DNA of 49,951 nt from Candidatus Krumholzibacteriota bacterium (GCA_039714075.1 JBDLKA010000018.1:1-49951); one strand, 5' to 3'; numbered from the stretch's first letter, positions 30,364-40,950 are shown. Notes: generated by a model not told the origin, from the letters alone. Program-made: numbers and translations.

Positions 30364-30783
30364 ATGCGGCTCCCCGTCCTGATCCTGTTTTTCCTGTTTA
30401 CCGCCGCCGGCTGTTCGCAGATGAACGTCGAAGTCGACTCTGACCGCCAGGATCCCCACGAAAAAATCTTCCCCGACGACCTGAAGGGCCGGTCCGCCGA
30501 TTACGAACGGCCGCAGGTCATCGAAATGCCCCCGGTCGAGTATCCGGCCGAGGCCGCGGACCTTGAAGCTTCGGGAATGGTCATGATAAGGCTGTTGATC
30601 GACCGCGACGGCAAGGTGGCCGAGGCCGAGGTTCTGCAGGGGGTGCATCCGCTGGTGGACCAGGCCGCCCTGGAAACCGCCCGCGGGGGCCGTTATGCCC
30701 CCGCGAACGAATTCGGCGCCGCGGCCGAAGGCTGGATCACCGTGCCCTTCCGCTATCCCCCGCCCGAGGCGGCGGAGAAATAA
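30364..30783 (+). CDS. TonB C-terminal domain lipoprotein
   Basis: Lipobox TAAG-C; YPAEAADLEASGMVMIRLLIDRDGKV...LVDQAALE. Confidence 0.85.
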   Translation: MRLPVLILFFLFTAAGCSQMNVEVDSDRQDPHEKIFPDDLKGRSADYERPQVIEMPPVEYPAEAADLEASGMVMIRLLIDRDGKVAEAEVLQGVHPLVDQAALETARGGRYAPANEFGAAAEGWITVPFRYPPPEAAEK

Positions 30784-30794
30784 CCGGGGACCCT

Positions 30795-31310
30795 CTACAT
30801 CGGTGAGAAACCCTGGTCCGCCCAGTAGGCGTCCTGGTAGATCTTCTCCAGTTCCAGCAGCTGTTCCAGGTGCCCGTCTTCCCATTCCTGCAGCCAGGTG
30901 AAGAGCTTTTTCAGCTCCGGGTCCTCGGTTTTCTCAGCGTGTTCCTTGTAGTAGGCGATGGCCTTGTTTTCCAGGTCGCAGCCGATGCTGATGACCGCCA
31001 TCTCGAACTTGCCGCGCTTGATGGATTTCTTGAAGTCGTCGGTGATCACGTCCTGGGAACCGTGATCGACTTCAGCGGGATGCACATCTTCGAGGTTCAG
31101 TTTGCCGTCGGCCATCAGGCTCTTGTACTGGTTGGTCAGGATGCGCACGTGGTCGTCCTCATCCTTGGCCAGCATCTCGAACATGGCCTTGGCCGCCGGG
31201 TCCTCCGCCTTGCTCGCGGCGTGGGTGTAGAGCTGCTGTCCCTTGACCTCGACCATCACGGCGTCCTTGATGATCTTGATCATTTCCTGTTTTTTCTGCT
31301 CTTGGTTCAT
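30795..31310 (-). CDS. Ferritin-like/rubrerythrin-domain protein
   Basis: Duplicated E...Y...ExxH di-iron motifs (DEDDH, WEDGH). Confidence 0.88.
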   Translation of the reverse strand: MNQEQKKQEMIKIIKDAVMVEVKGQQLYTHAASKAEDPAAKAMFEMLAKDEDDHVRILTNQYKSLMADGKLNLEDVHPAEVDHGSQDVITDDFKKSIKRGKFEMAVISIGCDLENKAIAYYKEHAEKTEDPELKKLFTWLQEWEDGHLEQLLELEKIYQDAYWADQGFSPM

Positions 31311-31324
31311 GGGATTCCTCTGGG

Positions 31325-32215
31325 TTAGAAGTCCATCACGTTCACTTTGAAGTACTTTTTCGGGTTCCGGCGCATTTCATCCGCCAGGCGTTTGAGCGAG
31401 GTCATGGTCGAATCGGCGGTGGTGTAGAGCGTGGGGTCATTCAGTAGCAGCGCGGCCGAGCCCTCGCCCTCGTCCAGCTTGACCATGATCGAATTCAGGG
31501 AGACCGCCGCAGTCTGCATAACGTCCATCAGGCTGTCGGCGCTGGCCATGGCGGCCGAGGCGTCGTCGAAGGTCTGCTCGATGCGGCCGGATTCCACAAC
31601 CTCCCGCAGGCCGTCCGAGGCCACCCTCAGGTTGTCCAGGATCACCTTTATGTCGTTGTGGTTCTCCTCGACCATGTTGTCGACCTTGTCCAGGGTCTCG
31701 TGGGCCTGGGCCAGGGTCTCCACCACCTTGCCCTCGACTTTGACCTGGTCCACCAGTTCGGTGACTTTTTCGGTCAGGATCCGCATTTCCGCCAGCGCGT
31801 CGCCCGCGGCATCGGTCATCGAGGCGATGGTCCCGGCGGTGCGCCCAATGAAAATATGGCCTTCTTCGATACGCTCGCCAACCCCGGGATCGATTTCGAT
31901 GACGACCTCGCCCACGATACCCTTTTCCCCCAGGGTCACCACCGCGTCCTCGCGCAGGCCGACCGTGTTGTCCAGCCGCAGTTCGACCCTGACCGAGGCC
32001 TGGAGGATCTGCATCCCCGACACCTCGCCCATGCGGATGCCCCGCACCTGGACCTTGTCCCCCACGCGCAGGCCGGCCACATTGGTGAAATCCGCCTGGT
32101 AGTAGTTCTGGCCCTTGGACAGGTCGATGTTCTTGAACCACATCATGCCAGAGATCAGGACGACAATGGCAGCGACGGTCAGAATACCCACCTGGACTTC
32201 GTTGAATCTCTTCAT
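31325..32215 (-). CDS. mlaD: MCE/MlaD family protein
   Basis: N-terminal TM; FTNVAGLRVGDKVQVRGIRMGEV; long helical C-terminus. Confidence 0.9.
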   Translation of the reverse strand: MKRFNEVQVGILTVAAIVVLISGMMWFKNIDLSKGQNYYQADFTNVAGLRVGDKVQVRGIRMGEVSGMQILQASVRVELRLDNTVGLREDAVVTLGEKGIVGEVVIEIDPGVGERIEEGHIFIGRTAGTIASMTDAAGDALAEMRILTEKVTELVDQVKVEGKVVETLAQAHETLDKVDNMVEENHNDIKVILDNLRVASDGLREVVESGRIEQTFDDASAAMASADSLMDVMQTAAVSLNSIMVKLDEGEGSAALLLNDPTLYTTADSTMTSLKRLADEMRRNPKKYFKVNVMDF

Positions 32216-32236
32216 CCGCTACTCCAACTCCGCCGG

Positions 32237-33049
32237 TTAGAATGCCCCCAGCGGTCCCTGGGAATTACCCTCTATGAATTGCCGCACCATGGGGTGGTCG
32301 GTGTTCCTCACTTCGTCCACCGTGCCGGTGAATACGATCTTGCCGCCGCTGAGCATGGCCATGCGGTCGGCCACCTTGAAGGCGCTGGCCATGTCGTGGG
32401 TCACCACGATGCTGGTCACGCCGAGTTCCTTCTGCAGCTTGATGATCAGGTCGTTGATGGCGTCCCCCGTGATCGGATCCAGGCCGGTCGTGGGCTCGTC
32501 GTAGAGAATGTACTCCGGTTCCATCACTATGGCCCGGGCCAGGCCCGCGCGCTTCTTCATGCCGCCCGAAAGTTCGCTGGGCAATTTGTCGTCCGACCCC
32601 ACCAACCCGACCTGGGCCAGGCATTCACAGGCCCGCGCCCTGATCTTGTCCATGGTCCAGCCGGAGTGTTCCTCCAGCATCAGACCCACATTCTTGCAGA
32701 TATCCATGGAATCGAAAAGGGCCGCGCCCTGAAACAGGAAGCCGAATTTCTTGCGCACCTCCATCAGGTGGGAGGCCTCCATCGCGGAAATCTCCTCGCC
32801 CTCGATCCAGATCTTGCCCGCGTCCGGCTCCAGCAGCCTTACGATATGCTTGAGCAGCACCGACTTGCCCTCGCCGCTGCGCCCGATGACCACCAGGGTT
32901 TCCCCCTTGTGGATCAGCAGATCGGTCTCATCGAGAACCTGTTTGGGGCCGAAACTCTTGGACACACCCTCGATGACGATACCCGCGAACGACGCCGGGT
33001 CGGCGGCCCTCTGCTCGGGCGCGGGGGGTATGTTGTATTCCAGGTTCAC
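32237..33049 (-). CDS. mlaF: MlaF-type ABC transporter ATPase
   Basis: GRSGEGKS, LFQGAALFDS, LSGGMKKR, YDEPTTGLDP. Confidence 0.92.
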   Translation of the reverse strand: MNLEYNIPPAPEQRAADPASFAGIVIEGVSKSFGPKQVLDETDLLIHKGETLVVIGRSGEGKSVLLKHIVRLLEPDAGKIWIEGEEISAMEASHLMEVRKKFGFLFQGAALFDSMDICKNVGLMLEEHSGWTMDKIRARACECLAQVGLVGSDDKLPSELSGGMKKRAGLARAIVMEPEYILYDEPTTGLDPITGDAINDLIIKLQKELGVTSIVVTHDMASAFKVADRMAMLSGGKIVFTGTVDEVRNTDHPMVRQFIEGNSQGPLGAF

Positions 33050-33058
33050 CGTTTCAGC

Positions 33059-33847
33059 CTACTTCTTGAAAATGATCTGGAACAGGATGATGGCCAGGAA
33101 ATAATCCGCCACCAGAACGCTCAGACAGCTGCCGACCACCGCGGTCATGGTGGCGCGGCCGACACCCTCGGCCCCACCCCGGGTGTGGAATCCGTTGTAG
33201 ATCCCGCTCAGGGCGATGATGGCGCCGAACACGAACGACTTGGTCAGCCCGCCCAGGATGTCGCTGTGCTTGTAGAAAAGCTGCAGCCCCTCGATGAACA
33301 CTCCGGCGGAGATGTCCAGGGTCATCACAGAAATGAAATAGCCGCCCAGGATGGCCACCGCGTCGGCGAACACGGTCACCACCGGGATCATCAGGACCGC
33401 GGCCCAGAAACGGGGCATGGCCAGGTACCGCACCGGGTCGATGGCCATGATGCTCATGGCGTCAAGCTGTTCAGTCACCTTCATGGTGCCCAGCTCGGCG
33501 GCGTAGAAGGCGCACAGGCGGCTGCCCACGACCAGCGCCATCAGCACGGGACCAAGCTCGATGAACACGGTCTTGGAAATCATCACGCCCAGGAATTTCA
33601 TGGGCACCAGCGCCTGCATCTGGTACACGGCCTGCACCGCGGTCACCGCCCCCACGAACACCGACGTGACGATGACCAGGGGCATGCTGCCGACCAGCAC
33701 GACGTGCATCTGATCCAGCACTTCGCGCCGCATCTTCCAGATATAGGGGGTCTCCATGAGGATGGCCCTGAGCAGGAGGGTGCCCTCCCCCGCGTTGGTC
33801 AATCCCCTGAGCACGTACGCGCCGATTCTTTCGAAAATCCTGTTCAT
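33059..33847 (-). CDS. mlaE: MlaE-type ABC permease
   Basis: ELGPVLMAL, AELGTMKVTEQLDA, GGAEGVGRAT. Confidence 0.93.
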   Translation of the reverse strand: MNRIFERIGAYVLRGLTNAGEGTLLLRAILMETPYIWKMRREVLDQMHVVLVGSMPLVIVTSVFVGAVTAVQAVYQMQALVPMKFLGVMISKTVFIELGPVLMALVVGSRLCAFYAAELGTMKVTEQLDAMSIMAIDPVRYLAMPRFWAAVLMIPVVTVFADAVAILGGYFISVMTLDISAGVFIEGLQLFYKHSDILGGLTKSFVFGAIIALSGIYNGFHTRGGAEGVGRATMTAVVGSCLSVLVADYFLAIILFQIIFKK

Positions 33848-33910
33848 GGTGGGCCGAATATAAGCCCAAGTTGTAAGGAAGTCTATATGGCATGACCCCC
33901 TGGCGATGGA

Positions 33911-35608
33911 TCAGGCGGGCCCGCCCCCGGGTTGCAGGGGAGCGAAAAAATCCTCTCGGGCCACAGCCAGAAGCCTTTCCACTTCCTCCGGGGACAGATC
34001 AAGATGCTTCAGGGCCTGGCGGGTGATCTCCATCCCCGCCTCCAGTTGGGGCCGAACCATTTCGTGGACCCCCATTTCGGCCAGCTCCGGGATCAAATGA
34101 TCGCTTTCGACCCGAACCACCTGGTGCAGGTCCGGACGCAGACCGCTGGCGTGCCTGACAACTGCCAGGACGGTTATCGGGGCCGGGGTTGCGATCACCA
34201 GAAGGCGCGCCTCCTTCAGCCCCGCCGCCTCCAGCACCAAAGGATTGGTGGCGTCCCCGAAAATGGTGGCCACGCCCGCGTCGCGACAGAACTCCAGGCG
34301 GTGCTGGTCCAATTCGACCACCACGAAAGGCAGACCGGATTCCCCCAGGATCCTGGCCACGGCCCGACCCATGGGTCCGGCGCCAACGATGATCACATGG
34401 TCGTGAAGCTCATCATGGACCAGATTGATCATCTGCATGGGCTCACGGAACCGGCGGCGCTGAATCGACCGATAGATCGGGGCGGTCAATCCCGCAGCGA
34501 GGGGGGTCATGAACATCGACAGGAGAGCCACGGTCATGATGGTGGAATACATTTCCCGGCCGAGGCCCCCGGTGGCCAATCCCACCCGGCCCAGGACGAA
34601 GGAGAACTCGCCGGCCTGGAACATGAATAAACCCAGGGCCAGAGGCACCACGTTTCCGTATCGGAAGGCCCGGCCGAGGCCGGCAAAGACAAGGCCTTTG
34701 ACCAGGGCGATCACCACGACCAACCCCAGAACCAGCAACAGATTCTCTTTCAGGTAGACCGGATCGAGCAGCATCCCCACCGAGGCGAAGAACAACAACC
34801 CGAAGATGTCGCGCAGGGGAATGATGTCGCTCAAGGCCTGGTGGTTGTGCTCCGATTCGCTGAGCACGATGCCCGCCATGAAGGCCCCGAAAGCGAAGGA
34901 CAGGCCCACCTTGAACGTGGCGTAGCCGATCCCCAGTCCCAGGGCCGTGACCGTCAGCAGGAAAAGCTCCCGGCTGCCCGACCTGCTGACCAGAACCATC
35001 AGGCGGGGGATCAGGCGGGTGCCGACCAGGACCATCAGACCCAGGAAAAGCGCCGCGCGCACCAGGGCCAGGCCCAGATCGGGCAGACTCGCCTGAAAAT
35101 CGTTGAGTTCGGGCAGGATGACCAGCAGGGGGACCAGGGCCAAATCCTGCACCAGGAGCATTCCGATCATCACCCGGCTGGACAGGGTGCCCATTCGGCC
35201 CTGACTCTGCAGGGTTTTCAAAACGACCATGGTGCTGGACAGGGAAATGCAGGCGCCGAACCAGACGGACTCGGTCCAGGGCCAACCCAGCACCGCGCCG
35301 ATGCCCAGGCCCGCGCCCAGGATGATCAGAAGCTGGATGGGCGTACCGTAAAGGGCGATTTTGCGGACCGGTCGCAGTTCCTTCAGGGAGAACTCGATGC
35401 CCAGGGCGAACAGCAGCAGGGCAACACCGACTTCAGCCAGCAGTTCGATGTCGTGGGGATCGCTGATCCAGGCGTTGGAACTGACCGGACCAAGCAGGAT
35501 TCCCGCGGCGATGTAGCCCAGGATCAGGGGTTGGCGCAGCCAGTGGGCGACCAGGCCGCCGACAAGTCCCGCCGAGACGATAATGGCAATGTCGGCCGCG
35601 ATACCCAT
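33911..35608 (-). CDS. CPA2 cation:proton antiporter with TrkA-N domain (Kef/YbaL-like)
   Basis: [44 protein letters not shown]. Confidence 0.92.
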   Translation of the reverse strand: MGIAADIAIIVSAGLVGGLVAHWLRQPLILGYIAAGILLGPVSSNAWISDPHDIELLAEVGVALLLFALGIEFSLKELRPVRKIALYGTPIQLLIILGAGLGIGAVLGWPWTESVWFGACISLSSTMVVLKTLQSQGRMGTLSSRVMIGMLLVQDLALVPLLVILPELNDFQASLPDLGLALVRAALFLGLMVLVGTRLIPRLMVLVSRSGSRELFLLTVTALGLGIGYATFKVGLSFAFGAFMAGIVLSESEHNHQALSDIIPLRDIFGLLFFASVGMLLDPVYLKENLLLVLGLVVVIALVKGLVFAGLGRAFRYGNVVPLALGLFMFQAGEFSFVLGRVGLATGGLGREMYSTIMTVALLSMFMTPLAAGLTAPIYRSIQRRRFREPMQMINLVHDELHDHVIIVGAGPMGRAVARILGESGLPFVVVELDQHRLEFCRDAGVATIFGDATNPLVLEAAGLKEARLLVIATPAPITVLAVVRHASGLRPDLHQVVRVESDHLIPELAEMGVHEMVRPQLEAGMEITRQALKHLDLSPEEVERLLAVAREDFFAPLQPGGGPA

Positions 35609-35611
35609 CGG

Positions 35612-36559
35612 TCATCTCCTCAAATACTCCAGGATTCCCCGCAGGGTCTGACGGGTGAAATCCCGCTCCCTCTCCCCTATGTCCGCAGGCAGGGCGGCGC
35701 CCCGGGCGAAATGAGGATCGGCCCGCGTGAGCCGGGCCACGATCATGTCCATGAGTTCTTCCTGGTCGGTCGGTTGCTCAGAGTGGGGCAGCCCCCGAAG
35801 ACCCGCAAGAACCGCATCCGCAGTGGTGACCCACAGGATGAGTTGATCCCGTGCCACTGTCAACAGGCGGCGGATGTCGCCGGTGAATTCACCGTGATGG
35901 GCAAACAGGACCCTTCGCGGCAATGGATCCAGGGCCAGCAGACGCTCGAGTGAGTCCCGGGCCACGGCGAGAAAAAAACGGGGCGGAGTGGCGGGCCGCA
36001 GATAATAATCCTCACCCGCCGGACCTGCGCCCAGGTCCGAAAAAGTCCCCGCGGACTCCCCCAGGAATAGATGGGCGGCCTGAAGAAAAGCCAGGTGGTG
36101 TGGGGCGTGTCCGGGGGTGGGAATGGTCTCCACCCCCCGGAGGGCCAGTTCATCAAAACCAGCCAGGGCAGCGACCGACACCGGAGCCGGTTCCCCGTAG
36201 ACCTCGGCCTTGTGGCCGAGCACCTCCAGCGATCCCCGCCACAATCGGGCCGGATCGATCAGGTGGGGCCGGCCTTTTTCGTGGCAGACGACCTTTGCTT
36301 CGGGCCACCTTTGGAGAATTCGCGCTGTGCAGCCCGCATGATCCAGATGTACGTGCGTCAGCAGGATGAAGTCCAGTTTGCCGACACCCAGTTCTTCCAG
36401 CCGGGCGATCAGGTGGTCAGCGGTCGAAGGTGGGCCGGGATCGACGATGAAGGTCAGGTCCTCGCTTTGGGACAACCAGCAACTGATGAACCGCCGCTGG
36501 CCGGGCAGGTCCTGGTCCAGGTCGATCAGGTGCAGGCGCGCATCACCGGGCGAGATCAT
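35612..36559 (-). CDS. MBL-fold metallo-hydrolase
   Basis: VDPGP, THVHLDHAG, TPGHAPHH. Confidence 0.9.
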   Translation of the reverse strand: MISPGDARLHLIDLDQDLPGQRRFISCWLSQSEDLTFIVDPGPPSTADHLIARLEELGVGKLDFILLTHVHLDHAGCTARILQRWPEAKVVCHEKGRPHLIDPARLWRGSLEVLGHKAEVYGEPAPVSVAALAGFDELALRGVETIPTPGHAPHHLAFLQAAHLFLGESAGTFSDLGAGPAGEDYYLRPATPPRFFLAVARDSLERLLALDPLPRRVLFAHHGEFTGDIRRLLTVARDQLILWVTTADAVLAGLRGLPHSEQPTDQEELMDMIVARLTRADPHFARGAALPADIGERERDFTRQTLRGILEYLRR

Positions 36560-37985
36560 TGAACCGCGTGAACTCTTTGTGGAAGTGCATGTCGAACTGC
36601 CCGATGGGCCCGTTCCGCTGCTTGCCGATGATCATGGTGGCCATGTTGCGCACGGTTTCGTCGTCGGGCTTGTAGACTTCCTCGCGGAAGATGAACAGCA
36701 CCACGTCGGCGTCCTGCTCGATGGCGCCGGATTCCCTGAGATCACTCAGCATGGGCCGGTGGTCGCCGCGCGCCTCCACCCCACGCGAAAGCTGGCTCAG
36801 CGCCAGGACCGGTACGTCCAGATCCTTGGCCATGCCCTTCAGGTTACGGCTGATGTTCGAAATCTCCTGCTGCCGGTTTTCGACCCGGCCGGGCGAACTC
36901 ATCAGCTGCAGATAGTCGATAACGATCAGACCCAGTCCGTGCTGCTGTTTGAGCCGGCGGGCCTTTGACTTCATTTCCAGCACCGAGATGCCGCTGTTGT
37001 CGTCGATGTAGATGGGCGCCTGCGAAAGCTGCTCGCAGGCCTGGGTCAGCCGGGGCCAGTCCTCGGCCCTTAATTTTCCCCGCCGCAAATTGTGCAGGTT
37101 GAACGAGCCGCTGCTGCCGAGCATGCGCATCACCAGCTGTTCGCGCGCCATTTCCAGGCTGAAGATGCCCACGCCCACGCCCTCGTTCACCGCCACGTTG
37201 TAGGCCAGGTTCAGCGCGAAACTCGTCTTACCCATGGAGGGCCGCGCCGCCAGGATGACCAGGTCGGATTTCTGCAGACCGCCGGTCTTGCGGTCCATCT
37301 CGGCGAAGCCGGTGCGCAGGCCGGTCACGTCGTCGTTGTTCTGGAAGGCCTCTTCGATGGACTTGAAGGTGCCCGGGACGATGCTGTTGACTCCCTGAAA
37401 ACCACCCACCCGCGTTTCTTCGCTGATGTCGTAGATTCTCCCCTGCGCGCGGTCCAGGATCTTGCCCGCCTCGTCCGCGCCTTCGAAGGCCTCGGCGGCG
37501 ATGTTGTTCGACACCGAGATCAGGTTCCGCAACACCGCTTTTTCCCGCACGATTCCGGCGTGGTAAGTCACGTTGGCCGCGGTGCCCATCATGCCGGCCA
37601 GGTCGATCAGGAAATCCATCCCGCCGACGATTTCCATCAGGTCCTTGTCCCGGTACATCTTCTGCTGGGCCTTGTCCAGGAACGACTCGGAGGATTTTTC
37701 CAGCATGTCGGCCACGGTGATGGGATCGACCGCCTGATCGTTCTCGTACAAGGCGCACATGGCCCGGTAGATGAGCTGGTGCTCCAGGCGGTAGAAGTCG
37801 TCGAAGTCTATCTTCTCGCGGGCCAGACCGACGGCTTCCTTGTCGACCATGGCGGCGCCCAGGACGGCCTGTTCGGCTTCTTCGCTGAAGGGCTGCTGGC
37901 GGGCGCCCGCCATGCGGTCGTAGCCGTAGGTGGATTTGGTGGGGCGGTTTTCGCCGTAGTTGTCTGGTTGTTGTTGGACTTCCAA
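36543..37985 (-). CDS. dnaB: Replicative DNA helicase (TTG start, AGGAG 5 nt upstream)
   Basis: EAEQAVLG, AARPSMGKT, DYLQLM, LSQLSR, SDLRESGAIEQDAD. Confidence 0.97.
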   Translation of the reverse strand: MEVQQQPDNYGENRPTKSTYGYDRMAGARQQPFSEEAEQAVLGAAMVDKEAVGLAREKIDFDDFYRLEHQLIYRAMCALYENDQAVDPITVADMLEKSSESFLDKAQQKMYRDKDLMEIVGGMDFLIDLAGMMGTAANVTYHAGIVREKAVLRNLISVSNNIAAEAFEGADEAGKILDRAQGRIYDISEETRVGGFQGVNSIVPGTFKSIEEAFQNNDDVTGLRTGFAEMDRKTGGLQKSDLVILAARPSMGKTSFALNLAYNVAVNEGVGVGIFSLEMAREQLVMRMLGSSGSFNLHNLRRGKLRAEDWPRLTQACEQLSQAPIYIDDNSGISVLEMKSKARRLKQQHGLGLIVIDYLQLMSSPGRVENRQQEISNISRNLKGMAKDLDVPVLALSQLSRGVEARGDHRPMLSDLRESGAIEQDADVVLFIFREEVYKPDDETVRNMATMIIGKQRNGPIGQFDMHFHKEFTRFNDLAR

Positions 37986-38097
37986 GTCATCTCCTGAAGA
38001 ACGGGCAAGGACGAGATCTCTGCATTAATGGGCCCGGAAGCACCATAGATCTGAATTTATCATGACCTCTCCCATAACCCAATATGAGCTTGATGAG

Positions 38098-38282
38098 GTA
38101 GCCACAATCCTGTGGACAATCCGTGGACAACCCGTGGATGACCCCCTGGCAACCGGCGAAAAACCCGTGGACAATCCCGAAATAAAGTGGAAAACCCCAC
38201 ACCCAGAAGGGATAATCCCCCCTGACCATGTCGCAAATCCTTTACCCATAGTGGTCCAGTTATCCACACCGGCTGGGGATAA
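38098..38282. promoter_or_regulatory. DnaA-box cluster
   Basis: TGTGGACAA 38111, CGTGGACAA 38122, CGTGGATGA 38133, CGTGGACAA 38166, AGTGGAAAA 38186, perfect TTATCCACA 38260, TGGGGATAA 38274. Confidence 0.8.
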
Positions 38283-38317
38283 CTTCCAGCACCCAAATAA
38301 AGGAACCGCCAAGCTCC

Positions 38318-39217
38318 ATGCCCCAAAACGAGGCACATCAACAGGCAATTTCCCGGATCCTGGCCGCCGAACGCCCGGTCCGCGCCTGGGTCACGGGCGG
38401 CCAGATCCCCTGGCACGACCCCGATTTCAGCCGCCGCATGCTGGATGTCCACCTGGACCCGTCAACCCACATGGCCAGTCGCGCGCCTGATGTCATCTCC
38501 CGTCACCTCGACTGGCTGACTGCCCAGTTGGAACCCACCACAGGTGAGGGCGCCCACATCCTGGATGTCGGCTGCGGCCCGGGCCTGTACTGCCATGAAC
38601 TCGCCAGACGCGGCTGGCAAACCACGGGCTTCGACTTCGCCCCCGCCCCGTTGGCCTGGGCCAAATCCACCGCCGAGGCCGAAAACCTGGACTGCCGCTT
38701 CCTGCACGCCGACCTGACCGCCCTGCCCGACGATTTCGCCGACCAGGTGGGCCCTGTCGACGCGATCACCTTCTGGTTCGGCGAATTCCATTCCTTTCCG
38801 CCCGAAGTCGCGGCAAGATTCCTGCCCCAACTGGCCGCCTGCCTCAAACCCGGCGGCCTTTTCGTGCTCGAGTACCAGCCCTGGGACATTTTCGTCATGG
38901 AGAACGGAACCGATTGGTCCGCGCACGAAAAATCGGTCTTCTGCGACGAACCCCACCTGTGGCTGCAGGAATTCCACTGGGATGAAGCCGCCCGCACCGA
39001 GGTTCATGTCCACTGGATCATTGAGCAACAATCGGGTAACCTGAGCCGGTACATCCAGTGCCATCAGGGCTGGCGGGACGCCGAACTCGTTTCCCTGTTG
39101 ACGGATGCCTGCTTGCGGGATCCCGTATTCCACGAGCCGGTGACCGGCATCGACGAGCGTTTCGAATTCCCGCTTGTCGTGACACGAAAAACGACCACCG
39201 AAAACGGCCGGGTATGA
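38318..39217 (+). CDS. Class I SAM-dependent methyltransferase
   Basis: ILDVGCGPGLY, TGFDFA, LKPGGLFVLE. Confidence 0.9.
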   Translation: MPQNEAHQQAISRILAAERPVRAWVTGGQIPWHDPDFSRRMLDVHLDPSTHMASRAPDVISRHLDWLTAQLEPTTGEGAHILDVGCGPGLYCHELARRGWQTTGFDFAPAPLAWAKSTAEAENLDCRFLHADLTALPDDFADQVGPVDAITFWFGEFHSFPPEVAARFLPQLAACLKPGGLFVLEYQPWDIFVMENGTDWSAHEKSVFCDEPHLWLQEFHWDEAARTEVHVHWIIEQQSGNLSRYIQCHQGWRDAELVSLLTDACLRDPVFHEPVTGIDERFEFPLVVTRKTTTENGRV

Positions 39218-39262
39218 TTGCAGCCTTGCAAACCATGACACCTTCAAGCAGCGCGGGGCGCC

Positions 39263-40699
39263 ATGCGTAACCCCCGCCGGCTGGTGCCGTTCCTGTTGGG
39301 CCTGGTCATCTTCATCGCCTTCACCCTGGCGCCGGAAATGCCGGGTACCACCGACCCCTCCGGCCGGCTGGTCCCGTTGACCCACGATGGCAAGGCGGCG
39401 CTGGGCCTGTTCCTGCTGGCGGGCATCTGGTGGGTGTTCGAGGTTTTTCCCGTCGGCGTGACGGCCATCGCCATCGGCGTGATCCAGTCTTTCTGGATGA
39501 TCCGCGACACCCGTGTCGCGTTGACCGATTTCATGGATCCCTCGGTCTGGTTCATCTTCGGCTCGCTGCTGGTCGGCGCGGCCTTCGCCCGCACGGGGCT
39601 GACCCGCCGGCTGGCCTTCCTGATGCTGACCCGGATTCCCGAAAAGACCCCCATCATCTACCTCGGCGTGTTCAGCATGACCGCCACCCTGACCCTGTTC
39701 ATGGCCCACACGGCGGTGGCCGCGGCGGTCTTCCCGCTGCTGCTGATCATCCACCAACTCTACGAACCCAGCGGCCGGCCCACCCGCTTCGGCAAGGGAC
39801 TGTTCATCGGCATGGCCTGGACCGCGGGCGCCGGCAGCATCATCACCCTGCTGGGCGCCGCCCGCGGCGCGGTGGCCATCGGGTTCTTCAAGGAACTGAC
39901 CGGGCAGGAGATTTCCTTTTTCACCATCACCCACTTCATGTTCCCCCTGGGCGTGTTGATGGTCCTGCTGCTGTGGGTCTACGTGACGCTCGTTTTCCCG
40001 CCGGAGAAAAAGGAACTCCCCGGCCTGCGCGATAGGGCCCGCACCCAGTATGAAAACCTGGGCCAGGTCACGCGCAAGGAGATCGCCACGGTGGTGATCG
40101 TGCTAGCGATGGTCGCCGTATTGACCTTGCGCTCGGTCGTGCCGGCACTGCAGCCAGTAAACAAGAGCGCCGTCATCCTTACCGCCGGCCTGCTGTTCTT
40201 CATGGCCAACATCCTGTCCATCAAGGACCTCGAGGCCGTGCCCTGGAACATCGTGCTGCTGTTCGGCGGGGCCATGAGCATCGGTTTCTGCCTGTGGCAA
40301 ACCGGTGCCGCCGAATGGATGGCCATCGGCTGGCTGTCGCTGCTGCACGAGGCGCCCTGGCTGGTGTTCATCATGGGCGTGACGTTCTTCGTGCTGATCA
40401 TGACCAACTTCATCATGAACGTCGCGGCCATCGCCATCACCCTGCCGGTGGCCCTGGTGATGGCGCCCTACATCGGCGTCGAACCCGAAGTCGTCATGTT
40501 CGCCGCCCTGGCCGCGGCCGGCATGCCGTTCATGCTGCTGGTCGGCGCGGCACCCAACGCCATCGCGTTTGAAAGCCACCAGTTCCGCACGAAGGAATTT
40601 TTCCTCTACGGGATTCCCGCCAGCGCCATCCTGCTTATCGTGATTGGATTGTTCGTCTGGAAGATCTGGCCGTGGATGGGGATGCCGACTCTGCTCTAG
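39263..40699 (+). CDS. DASS/SLC13 family anion transporter
   Basis: Many TMs; VPWNIVLLFGGAMSIG, TNFIMNVAA, GAAPNAIA. Confidence 0.92.
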   Translation: MRNPRRLVPFLLGLVIFIAFTLAPEMPGTTDPSGRLVPLTHDGKAALGLFLLAGIWWVFEVFPVGVTAIAIGVIQSFWMIRDTRVALTDFMDPSVWFIFGSLLVGAAFARTGLTRRLAFLMLTRIPEKTPIIYLGVFSMTATLTLFMAHTAVAAAVFPLLLIIHQLYEPSGRPTRFGKGLFIGMAWTAGAGSIITLLGAARGAVAIGFFKELTGQEISFFTITHFMFPLGVLMVLLLWVYVTLVFPPEKKELPGLRDRARTQYENLGQVTRKEIATVVIVLAMVAVLTLRSVVPALQPVNKSAVILTAGLLFFMANILSIKDLEAVPWNIVLLFGGAMSIGFCLWQTGAAEWMAIGWLSLLHEAPWLVFIMGVTFFVLIMTNFIMNVAAIAITLPVALVMAPYIGVEPEVVMFAALAAAGMPFMLLVGAAPNAIAFESHQFRTKEFFLYGIPASAILLIVIGLFVWKIWPWMGMPTLL

Positions 40700-40811
40700 A
40701 CCCTGCCGATTGTTTGGGATGTTCTCTGAAATTGCGGGTGAGCGGCAATAGCAATTAGGCGACTCTATTGGCCATAAAAATTAAGTTCTTTGATATCAAT
40801 AGGTTAGCTTC

Positions 40812-40837
40812 AAAAAGTGTCCCCGGGGACACTTTTT
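40812..40837. repeat. Perfect 26-bp palindrome (bidirectional terminator or protein-binding site)
   Basis: AAAAAGTGTCCCCGGGGACACTTTTT. Confidence 0.6.
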
Positions 40838-40896
40838 TATACTATCTTATTTGTTTCCAACGTGTTAATATTTCAAGTCTACTTTTTGTGGAGTTA

Positions 40897-40950
40897 TTGA
40901 CAATATATTTATTGTCACAATCTTGTAGATGTAAATAAATATATAGTCAA
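40897..40950. repeat. 17-bp inverted repeat (16/17 match) with 20-bp spacer
   Basis: TTGACAATATATTTATT ... AATAAATATATAGTCAA. Confidence 0.7.

Noticed and set aside
36543..37985. Intein in DnaB, or frameshifted start at ATG 37990
   Set aside because: Length is normal with no intein motifs; the ATG abuts the SD with zero spacing whereas the TTG at 37985 is properly spaced.
38108..38175. CRISPR or iteron interpretation of the CGTGGACAA repeats
   Set aside because: Units are 9-11 bp with no spacers, and no cas or rep gene is present; they match DnaA boxes.
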